Shown: piece after piece, positions 36,542-47,611 of the stretch
Layout: the number at the start of each line of letters is the position of its first letter
Position numbering within the stretch: position 1 is the first letter of the stretch
DNA from: Lepidodermella squamata
Lineage: Eukaryota; Animalia; Gastrotricha
DNA length: 64,000 nucleotides
NCBI GenBank assembly: GCA_047495785.1
Contig: JBLDXI010000040.1
Location: forward strand, 62,001 to 126,000
Reading direction: 5' to 3'
Notes under the pieces: generated by a model
Database searches by the model: none
What the model saw: the letters and a program-made list of their open reading frames with translations, nothing else
Told to the model about the DNA's origin: nothing
Made by a program: the position numbers and the translations under genes

Positions 36542-37794
36542 ATGTCGATCAGCCTTTGCATCTTCCTTTTTGCTGTACACTTCACAGTTGCGCAGCCATC
36601 TGGATTTTTGCAAAATACGTATGATGATATCGATAAGCGGAGCTACACGAAAGAAATATCCGACACTTTCTTCAATAGCGCGTGTCCTCTCGCGCGCGAA
36701 ATCGAGCTCGACGTCGAGATTGGGCACAGAGGCCGACTAACTGACCTGCCCATCAATGTCTCAATCGATGTCCGTATGCACAGATTGGTTGAAGTTGACG
36801 ATCTTTCTCAAAGGTGAGCCGATTCCGGCATAGGAAAAAAGCTATATTTTTTCTATCAGTTTAACAGTTCTCGCGAGCTATTGGCTCACCTGGTACCTGC
36901 CACCTTCAGGTTGCAAAACAATGAGCACGAACGATGTACCGACGATGTCGAATAAAACCACGATATACGTCCTTAGTGACACTTAAAAATCGTGGCGACC
37001 TGTTGTTGAGCATATGAACGGCATGGATTCGGGCGACATTTTAGGCAGCGAAGATCTGCGAATTTTCTACGCCGCATCAGAGAGTCCTGTCTACGGCTAC
37101 GTCCGTATTTTCAAACCTATTAAGACGTATTGTTACGGCTTTGACATTCGCAACTTCCCCTACGACAGACTTGATTGTTCGATTGAGTTGGAACCTAGAG
37201 ATTACGGAGGGATTATCAAAATCACAGAGGCGAGCTTCGCGATTCCTAGCTATGCAAGATTCGTTTCTAATACTGATGTCTGGGATTCAATAGGAAACTC
37301 CGTGTTTTACAATATCACCAAAAACTCGAGGTTCGACCATCTTTCAATGCAATTTTCCCTGCAACGAAGGGGTAACTACTATGTTGCGAACATTTTTCTG
37401 CCAGTTTTTGCGACAGTAATCTTGCAGATGTGTGCTTTGATTATGAATCCTAAACACCCTGATAGGCCTACTTATTGCATTACAGTTGTTATAGCAATAT
37501 CATTTCTATTGGCTCTGGTTTTCAGCCAGATTCCGCGTTCGTCTCAAACTGTTTACTTGATCGTTATGATTACTATGAAAGTGCTCTATTCTCTATTGTG
37601 TTCTGATGACAATTTACGCGTTGATTGCTTGCAATATTGCGAAGTCGAAATGGGGCCGGCAGCGTGTTGCTATCGGCAAGTTGCGCCTAACTAAGGTTCG
37701 GCTTATCGACTTGGCAGTCATTGTCTTCTCAATTTTCTCTTTGCTTATCATCGACCTTTTTCTATTTTTGAAAATGAATGGGCAGCTGGATTAA
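36542..37794 (+). pseudogene. Cys-loop channel subunit copy 2 (pseudogene)
   Basis: Exons 36542-36813 and 36860-37794. Nonsense TCA>TAA at 36984-36986. A 7-bp duplication CTCTATT (37584-37597) frameshifts M3. Confidence 0.92.
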
Positions 37795-38814
37795 GAATGA
37801 TGATCTCCAAAAGGCCACTTGGCTCAGTCCCGGTTATAATACGTTAGAAGCTGCATAATCTGGACCTGGACAGCGGGTTAGTCCGGACAATTTTGATGTT
37901 TTTAGTCTTGTCTACGTCGGATCGTTACTTTCATGTTGTTGCATGTGGTTGTGGATTTGTCGATGATGCAAAAATAAGCGCTATTTTACTCTTGATATTG
38001 ATATCTCTGAAATGACCTTGAACTAGTGGAAAGTGAGGTTTGGCATACTTTTTTAAACAGTACCTACTGTTAAAGATATTCGTTACTTTTTTCTTCTCCA
38101 ATGGGAAAACTTAAAATGGAAAATCAATCTGGATTTTTTGAAATTCATTAAGGTGCTTAAGAATATGGTTGGCTAGTATGTATAATGAAGCGATGAGGAA
38201 ACGCCCTCTATCATGCCATGCGCTATAGCATAGAGAGTAACATCTCTAACATAGAGTAACATAGAGAGTAACGTGTCCCGAACGGCAAGGCTCTGAGCCG
38301 AATACCCAAGAGTATGGATGCGGCTTAAGACCCATTGAGTCCAGGAGTTCAGCGATATCAAAAACATCTCGCTAGGCATTCGAAACGTTTGATTCAATCA
38401 AACGAACGTGTGAGGTTGAACCTAAAAGCTGTTCAGCGACATTAAAAGATTCCATTCTTTTGAGGTGCATACTGCCCTCCATGAGGTCTGACAATAGAAG
38501 AATCAACATCTGTGGGAGAACCTGGCTAAGAATCTGGTTAAATCCGCAAGTCACTCCTTTCAAGCCAACACTCTATTTGTGATTTCTGGAAATTACGGTA
38601 AATTTCTACCCCCACTTTTCACCTGTTTGCGGTCATGTTGCACTTTTCGATGATATTTCATGAGATTCATTGAGCGCTGCGTGCCGCGTGAGGATATCTC
38701 TTTTATCCCTTTTGAAAACTTTAAAGTTGACATTTTTTGCGAATAAACTGACGTTTTGATAAGTACCGAACATTTTTCGGAAAAACCTAGTTATTTTTGG
38801 GGAAATGTACAGTA

Positions 38815-40078
38815 CAGTGCTCCCTCGACTAGTGCACGGGGTCGGGGCTGTGGGTCGTGCACTTATCTAGGGTTGCAGCTAACGAGGGCTGTTAAAGAGC
38901 TAGCGATGAATCATAAGTGCGTAGCTACGTTTTTTTCTTAGTTGCTAAGGAGACGTTGTTTTTAGTGGTTAGCCATATCTGAAACCAAGCTCGAGATCTT
39001 TTTTAAGGATCCGCATTTTTTCTTCTTAAAAGCATCGGCTGCCATGTAATGAATTGAAAATGATCCACTAGGGTCATTTGGATAATGTTTCGGATCAATG
39101 GTGTCTGGCGTTTTGGAGCAATTATGATAATTAGGTGGTGGCTTTTCTCATGATTATCGATACCGAAATAATTTTTGAAAATGGGCTGGTAGTTATTATC
39201 ATGTCAAAATTTAAAGCATATTGTTCGAAATTTCTGGAATTATCGCAATTAAATCTGGAATTAACATTCTGTGCGACGCCAATTTGTTCAACAGGCGCAA
39301 AAATCTAAGATTTTGTGATCATGAATTATTTCTCAATAAACTTATAACTGATTTTAGCCGTATTTTACCGGGATGAGCCAGCTAGGTTAAGTTCACATTT
39401 CCCTTCAATCAACGAGCTTTTCTGTTGAAAAATTTGTTAAAGCGAATTCAAGATTATCTTAAGGGCTGAATAATCAATCAATTTATCTTCACGCTGAACA
39501 GCATCGTAAAGCACTCTAATTTGAACTCCAAGTCATTAAATCATCCACTATCCAGCGTTCCATCAATGAGATAATAGTAGTTGTGAATGAAAAAAAATCA
39601 CGAACAAGTCAGACGCGTGCACACTATCAATCGCTTTCTCTAAAGATCTAAGATAAAAAACGTTGATCTGTAAAGATCGAGAGATCTCGTCGCCTAAAAT
39701 TACCAGGTTAATGATTAGGCACGGAAAACGTTTATCGCCTTCAGCTAATTCCAACTAAATCAGGCCGGCCTTTATCAATGGGGTGATCTTCCTTTTTAGA
39801 GAGCGAAACTTATTCGAAAAGAATAAAACTAGCTGTTGAAATTCCCCGCGTCGATCCAAGCTTAACCGGCACCTCCTTTTCATTGCTGAAAAAGCTGTTG
39901 CTCAGCCAGCGTTGCTAATGAAGCTTTTTTCTTGAACTTTAATAAATTTAATTTTGTAAATAATTTTTTCTTTCACAAATAAAAAATATTTAATTACCAA
40001 ATTTGAGGGGGCTGTAAAAGTGTGGCAGATAACGAGGGAATTGTACATAGCCAGGGTGCACTTAGCGAGGGAGCACTG
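38815..40078. mobile_element. pogo/Tigger-like non-autonomous element, family 2, copy 2
   Basis: Same TIRs and TA TSD as 35158-36339; colinear but diverged interior. Confidence 0.92.
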
Positions 40079-40319
40079 TATCGGCTTCAGCTAATTCAGA
40101 GAAAATTAGCAGAGAAATCAAAAGAAAATTAAATTTGAAATTTTGGTCACGTTTGCTAATTTTCCTGATTGTCAGGCCGGTGATTTTTATGTTTTTTCCG
40201 GCCAGGGGGTGTAATTTAAAAGGCAGATTCCTGATTCTTGCATCCAGGTACCAGGCAAAAAATGGAATAAAACGTCAAGTGGAGATAATTCATGGAAATT
40301 GCAGATCGCTTAAAAAAGT

Positions 40320-40392
40320 CGTGTGATGAGCGGGGTTCGAACCCGAGCCTCCAATCGTCGAGGTCAGTCAATAACCAACCTCACCACAACGA
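40320..40392 (-). repeat. tRNA-derived SINE head or pseudo-tRNA
   Basis: Minus strand shows A-box-like TGGTGAGGTTGG and B-box GGTTCGAACCC, without a clean cloverleaf. Confidence 0.5.
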
Positions 40393-40694
40393 CGTTCGCA
40401 AACAGTGAGAGAATTTCTCCGGTTTTATTTGTGATACCATCACAACTCGGCGAACATTGAAGTTGAAAATTATAATTTTTTCGACTAATTGAATAATTAT
40501 CAAGAACTCGATGGAAATTCAGAAAAATTGAGAAAAATTCAGAAGATTTTTTTTAATTCCCTGTACCTTTTGAGGCCCTTTGGGATAACAAAATAAGAAA
40601 TTATATATATGCTCTATCAATAATTACCAATTATATTAATTAATAATTATATCACGTCAAGTACTGATTACTTCAGTACTTGACTTCATGCGTC

Positions 40695-40902
40695 TTATTT
40701 GTGTAATCGGTGTTATGCCGATCTCACAAACAAGTCACCCGGGTTCGATCCCTGGTCAGAGCAAGCCTTTTTTAGGCGACACCGGCGTTCAGGTTACTGA
40801 CAGGTTATTTGTGTAATCGGTGTTATGCCGATCTCACAAACAAGTCACCCGGGTTCGATCCCTGGTCAGAGCAAGCCTTTTTTAGGCGACACCGGCGTTC
40901 AG
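40695..40902 (+). repeat. Tandem pair of identical ~97-bp tRNA-derived units (Val-CAC-like)
   Basis: Units at 40695-40791 and 40805-40901. Each has B-box GGTTCGATCCC, a CT-CAC-AA loop-like motif and a T6 run; stems are degenerate. Confidence 0.65.
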
Positions 40903-41059
40903 CAAAAACATAACGCTTATGCATGCAGAGTTTGTGAATAGGGTCCGTATGTGGTCGTATGTTTTTCGTCGTATGCGTAAGTGATTGGTCGTATGCGTAA
41001 GCAAAAAAAAAGATACGGAGTTTGTGCGGAGACCTATAGTCACAGATGAGATTACAAAA

Positions 41060-42500
41060 GAAGTTGCAGCTAGCTGACAGACCGGCCCAGAAAGATGGTG
41101 GAATCCTGGACCAAGTGTTCACGGACATCGACACATCCGCTATCGAGATCACTGTTGGCAAGCAACTCGTCAGCGACCACTACCCGGTGCTGGCTACAGT
41201 TGCTCTGGACGTCAAGGAGGGGCAACTACCACCAAGAATGGTTTGGAAGTTCAAAGAAGCTGACTGGAAAAGTCTACGGAAGCAGGTTGCGCAGCGGCTG
41301 CGACGATTATTAGCAGACAGCCTCGCTTCGAAAGTAATCTCCACTATCGGCAGAGGAATGCCATTGGGTTCCTCAAAAAGAACTAAGATCACTGAGTAAT
41401 CGGTTTAATGGTGGAATAAGAAATGCCAAGCCCTATACAACCAGATGGAAACAACAGTAGAAGACCAAGAAAAGCAGCAACTTCAATCGGAAATAAACCG
41501 AACACGCCGCTAGCTATTAACAAAGCGCTATTACCAGATCCTCTGCCAAGTTCAAATGGCCGTAAAGCCGAACTCGAGAAGAATTCCTGGAAAAAGCGAT
41601 CCGGAAAAAGCTGAACGATCATTTCCAAGCGAAAATGGAGCTACCGATACCTATAACGGAGACTGGCAAGATGCGAAGAACGAGCCGAAATTTCGAAACG
41701 CCTGAAATCACTCAAACTCGGCAAAGCCCCTGGCCCAAGCGGTATTGGCGCCACACCTCTGCGCAAGCCAGCGGACTGGATTGCAGCACCACTGCTCACC
41801 TTAGGGGAGAAAATTCAACGTGAAGGCGTATGGCCGTCATTCTTCAAGATTGTCAACGTCTGCCCAATCCATAAGAAAAAGTCCAAATCGCTAAAAGAAA
41901 ACTACCGTCCTGTCGGCATGGGCGAGGTCATCGGAAAAATGTTCGAGCGCACGGTTGCTACGAAGCTGATTGCATTCGCGATCCGGAACAAGATCTCCCG
42001 ACCAGGCGGCATTTCTGTCAGGCTGCTGTACGACTGACACCCAGATGGCAACAACCGACTTGCGACCCATCTGTCCTGCTGGGCCTCACTCTCAACCCGG
42101 CACTCTCTATGGAGCCATGTGTCACGAAACTGGTAGCGCGAGCTAACACGATTGTGACCCAGCCGCTTCGCCTCCGCCTATTCGTAGCACCATGGCAACT
42201 GGGAAAGGCGTTCAAAACACACGCCCTGGCAATACTCGAGTCCGGCATGAGTCCGGCGAGTCCGGCCCACGCGTCGCAAAGCACACTAGACCGCCTTCAG
42301 TCCGCCCAAGATCGCTTTAAACTCGCCAAACAGGGGTAAAACTACTGCCTCTGGGCGAAAGACGATTCGTCGGCGTGATGTGTTACTTTTACAAAGTCAT
42401 CGTCGGCAGAAAAGGAACGAAAGAAATCCGCGACCGCTTCCAACTCATATCCAAGCGACAAACGAAATCTCGTGATTCGGCAAAGCAGCAGCATCGCTTC
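41060..42500 (+). mobile_element. Internally deleted, decayed LINE ORF2 (APE end plus RT N- and C-terminal parts)
   Basis: GILDQVF...SDHYPV...KEADW (endonuclease end and linker); KSPGPSGI; GVWPSFFKIVNVCPIHKK..ENYRPVGMGEVIGKMFER; LLGLTLNPALS; LDRLQSAQDR. Frameshifted, and the RT core is missing. Confidence 0.85.
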
Positions 42501-43030
42501 AGAGCAAAACTTCAGAGCAGATATAGGAAAATTATGTTTTTTCTTCATTTTTCCCCGATTCAAAGAACGCTAGATTTCCGAAAATTAATTTCGAGACCGT
42601 TGGAAAAGAAGGATTCTATCAAGTTATCAAGATCACATTGCAATATTTGTGCATCTTCGTCGGTCATAATAGGTCTGTAAACTGTGTCCTCATCAGCAAA
42701 AAAATATAGCGAGGAATCGATATATTAAACTTAGCATCAATAGCAATCAAAAATAGGATAAACAACAAATAGGCCGAGGACAGTACCTTGAGGAACGCTC
42801 GCGTTATTAGCTCGCGTAGGCTTATCGAAATAAGATTATTAGAAATTAAGAAGTTGTTGACGCCAGCGTAACTTTGTTTCTAGTAAAAACACTCACGGAC
42901 AAGAGTATATTTTTATAATTTGTTTTCGTATTCTGTTGTGCCACCTCTAACACCGTAATTACAGGTCTTTTCAAACTATCAACCCTAGTCTTGTTGAATC
43001 GCCAGAATTGGTGGCGGAGTCCATCATTCC

Positions 43031-43846
43031 CAGGGTATAATATCGACCGATTTTTTTGTTGAAAAAACCACCCACCGGTATAAACCGGTTTAAACCGGTG
43101 AAAAAAACCGGTTTTTTTTATAAATGCTAAAATCACTGAAATTGACATAGCCAAAGCTCGCTAGCACTTAGTCCTATAGAGATTTGGACTGCACCACGTG
43201 AATCTACGTGAAAAACTGCATAGTTTGACATATCACACGGCCATTTTTCTCACCCGGAAGAAAAATTATTTTTAGTGCAATAAAGCAATAAAAAAATTAA
43301 AAAAGCGCAGTTATCTCCGGAAGTATGATGACTAGTAAAATTCTGAAAACGGATTCTGATCCGCCGTAAAAAGTTACCCCTCCGGGGTTTCTAAGGGGGG
43401 TTTCGAAGACAAAGGAAGCGGGTTTGCCGGTTTCATTTGAAAATTTCAACTTGAAAGGTCTAAAACCGCCTAATTATACCCTTCCGGAAGTAAAACTGAT
43501 TTCACGATAGTTGCCTTACTATGATCGATATTGCCATAAAAATTTGGGATCTAGGCTAGAATTTGCCGCTGAACACGATGGTGACATCGAATCACCCGCA
43601 TCAGGTATCGCATATCGATTATCGATTATTGGTAACTGATCGAGTGATCGATTTTTTAAAATTTAGTCAAATCGATTCTATGTGATACAGTGTAGTCTTT
43701 CTAGAGTATTTCAGCTGTACGGTATTGATCCTGGGGACATAATGACTCTTAGACGACTTCTGGGCATTTGTTATATATGAAAATGTGAGCTTTTTTGCGT
43801 GAAAACACCCCAAAAACAGCTTTTTGAAAAAACCGCGGTTATCCTA
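43031..43846. mobile_element. Copy-specific insertion, hAT-like non-autonomous element
   Basis: Begins CAGGG with subterminal AAACCGG repeats and is absent from the two paralogous upstream regions. Right end approximate; no TSD seen. Confidence 0.55.
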
Positions 43847-44458
43847 AAAAAAGGCCGAGAGAGGGAACAATTATTGATTCTCTATTTGTGCCTTCGGCAA
43901 AAATTACGCCGGAAGCGATAAGCGATTGTCAATTATTGATGCAAATCAAACAGGAAAAAACTGACTATTTAATCATTAAAAAAACCACTCAGAAATCCGT
44001 TTTTCCCCAACGTTTTCCCAATCGAAAAAAATTGCTGCTGAATTAGGAAACAATTATTGATTTCACTAAATTTTCCCCATCCCATTGGGATCTCCGGATG
44101 ACAATTTTTCCAATCCAATCCTGCAAAACAGTGGCAAAATGTTCATATTGGTTAATAAATTATGCCACGTTTTGTTAAAAAAATATTTGGCATGCAAATG
44201 GCTCCAGGAAAAATCTTTTATTCTTGTTGTTTACGAGTATTTGCATAATTAATGAAACGATATCACGCACCATAGCGTATCTTGCAGCGATTTTAACCGG
44301 CGTCATTGTTCGTGCCTAGTAGCAACGCCGGTGCAATCGCCTGTCTGAGTTGATAATAACATTTACGCTTAAATTATGTATTTAATTCGCTTAAATTCGA
44401 ATGGGTGCATCCGACCTGTTGGCATCAGATCGAGCCTGCAAATTGCAACATACTGAAA

Positions 44459-45706
44459 ATGGCGATCAGCGTTTGCATCATCCTTTTTGCTGTGCACTTT
44501 ACAGTGGCGCGGCCATCGGGATTTTTGCAAAATACAAACGATGATATCGATAAGCGGAGCTACACGAAAGAAATATCCGACTACTTCTTCAATAGCGCGT
44601 GTCCTCTCGCGCGCGAGATCGAGCTCGACCTGGAGATTGGGCACAGAGGCCGACTAACCGACCTGCCCATCAACATCTCAATCTATGTGCGTATGCACAG
44701 ATTGGTTGAAGTTGACGATCTTTCTCAGAGGTAAGTCAGAATAGGCTTCGGATAAGGCTATATTTTCTTTATCAGTTTAACAGTTCTCGCGAGCTATTGG
44801 CTCACTTGGTACCTGCCGCCTTCAGGTTGCAAACCAATGAGCACGAACGATGTACCTAGCATGTCGAATGAAACCACGATATATGTACCAAGTGACACTT
44901 CAAGATCGTGGCGACCTGTTGTTGAGCACATGAATGGCATGGATTCGGGTGACATTTTAGCCGGCGAACCCGATTTGCGAATTTTCTACGCCGCATCAGA
45001 GAGTCCTGTCTACGGCTACGTCCGCGTATTCAAACCTATTAAAACGTACTGCTACGGCTTTGACATCCGCAACTTCCCCTACGACAAACTTAATTGTTCG
45101 ATTGAGGTTGAACCTAGGGACAGTGTCTCAGTTCTCAAAATAACAGAGGCCAGTTTCGCAATTGCTAGCGCAGCAAGATTCGTTTCTGATACTGACGTCT
45201 GGGATTCAATACGAGGCTCATCTGCTTCCAATATTTCCCAAAAGGGCAGGTACAGCCATCTTACAATGTCATTTTCCTTGCAACGAAGGTATAACTACTA
45301 TGTCGGCAATATTTTTCTCCCAGTTTTTGCGACTGTAATCTTGCAAATGTGTGCTTTGATTATGAATCCTAAACACCCTGATAGGCCTACTTATTGCATT
45401 ACGGTTGTTATAGCAATATCATTTCTATTGGCTCTGGTTTTCAGCCAGATACCGCGTACGTCCCAAACTGTTTACTTGATCGTTATGATTACTATGAAAG
45501 TGCTCTATTGTGTTCTGATGACGATTTACGCTCTGATTGCTTGCAACATTGCCAAGTCGAAATGGGGCCGGCAGCGAGTTGCTATCGGCAAGTTGCGATT
45601 AACTAAGGTTCGACTTATCGACTTGGCAGTCACTATCTTCTCAATTTTCTCTTTGCTTATCATCGACCTTTTTCTATTTTTGAAAATGAGTGGACAGCTG
45701 GATTAA
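44459..45706 (+). CDS. Divergent Cys-loop channel subunit copy 3, 400 aa
   Basis: Exons 44459-44730 and 44776-45706, same lengths as copy 1, open frame. Cys-loop CYGFDIRNFPYDKLNC. Confidence 0.93.
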
Positions 45707-47611
45707 GAATGATCTACAAGTGATCTACTTGGCTCAGTCCCGGTTATAATTCTCCTTTTGTCTTGACCATTTAGGCCAAATACGCTGACGTTTTTTGACC
45801 TGTCTCTGTCGGATGGTTGTTTCCGTGTTGTTGCATGCGGTTGTGGATTTTTATGATGCAAAAAGAAGCGCTATTTTACTCTTGATATTGATCTTGATAT
45901 TGATACGAATGTTAACAGGCTTGGTAAAAAAGTTTACATTGTGGGATGTTGATGCCGCTTTTAAGACCGATTGGCGAGGAGCCGAACGATATCAAAAACA
46001 AGTTGAAAGTCTCCAGGGTTGCTGAAATACAGGCTTCAACTTCAATTAACAAATGCTCATTTCGAAAAAAACGCGCTCAAAAATTCGAAAGATTTCATTG
46101 CATCAGTTCGCAACACAATTAATTGTAATCTTTTTTTCTTATTCGAGGTCGAAGTTGTCCAGGATAAGTTGAGGTATGGAATCTCGCTAGATATTCAAAC
46201 ATTTTGTTGGAATCAAGCTAGTGTCTCTCTGTGAACCTACAGGCACTTTGGCGACACGTTTGTTTTAAGGTGGATGGGGTCCACGAGATCTTAAAATAGA
46301 AGAATCAACAATCTTCAAGAAAATCTGGCTAAGCAAATTGTTAAATCCGCCAATCGCTTCTTTTCAAGCCGACACTCTATTTGGGATTTTCTAAAAAATA
46401 CGATAAATTCCCTGAACCCCACTTTTCACCTGTTGGCAGTCATATTGCACTTCTTGATAAAATTGGATGAGATTTATTGAGCGATGCGTGCAAATCGAGC
46501 TTACATCATTTACCCGTTTTTGAAGGAAGCTTTAGCTTTTCAATTTTTGCCAAATAAAATGAAGGTTTCAAAAGTACGGAAAAACGTTCAAGAAGAGAAA
46601 CTTTGCTTTTTAGGAAAATGTACGAAATAAATATGGAAAAATCGGCTTCGGCCAATTTCAGAAGTGGAGAGAAGCCTAGAATAATAGAATTGGATCTTCT
46701 ATTCTCAGTTCCAGCTCCATTCAACAGAATACTGTCCTCAGACACACTTTCGCTAATTTGCTTATTTATTACAGTTGATTTAGGCAGTAAAGAGGCCCAT
46801 AATTGTTTCTCTCACCATTAATAAAACTTTAATATTCATTGTTTTTCCTGGCGGAAGGGGTTTATAATGCCGTTTCTTTCGGTGAGTGACGACGCCCATC
46901 GCAATGCACCGTTTTGTGTCTTGCTATCCTGATAACATAGGTTTGGAAGCGACAGGATTTAGCGGCAGATAAGAGAAACGGCACCCCCAAAGATGCTCGA
47001 AAGAGTTGGTGTCCTAAGTGAAACATATACCTATCAAGCAAGATATATTACAAGTTTCCTTTTCTTACTTAGGCCATTTACTATTGCAGGGCGAAGGGCG
47101 ACTAAAACGACCCTTTCTTAATTGCGTCACGGCCAAGAAAATCTGTCAAATAAATTTTCTAGTCGCAAACTAAAACAAAATATATTGCACTGAGTAAGCC
47201 TAAGATGAGCGCATTTCTGTCATTTTTGCTTTTTTCAACTCAATTTCGAGCTGAAATGGAGATTTCGCTTTACAAGTCTAAGTCAAAGTTCGCAAAATAC
47301 TCCTCAGAATAACCGGAAGAATTACGAAAGATGAATTATTAGTTCTCACTTTTCAGCCCTTGTTTTCTATTTCGCAAGGATAACAAAACCGTCTTATCCG
47401 CCTGATGACAAGCGACAAATTGTTTCTAGAAACATTCATTTGAAAATCATATTTGAATCAAAACCTTAGCCCGCGTTAGCTTCTTATCATCGTAAATCGT
47501 AACTACAACCGCAAGAAACATTGCTATTTATATTGTCTACCTACAATCACTTACATAAAACTAGCATTATCGCGCCTCTTCTTTTTGAGAAATTGTTCTA
47601 GCTGCTTGGAG

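Noticed and set aside
38225-38640. Minus-strand coding remnant downstream of the channel genes
   Set aside because: Stops and indels differ among the three copies, so no consistent frame could be built.
40695-40902. Functional tRNA genes (also 40320-40392, 56938-57000, 29340-29455)
   Set aside because: A/B boxes are present but acceptor and anticodon stems do not pair; treated as tRNA-derived repeats.
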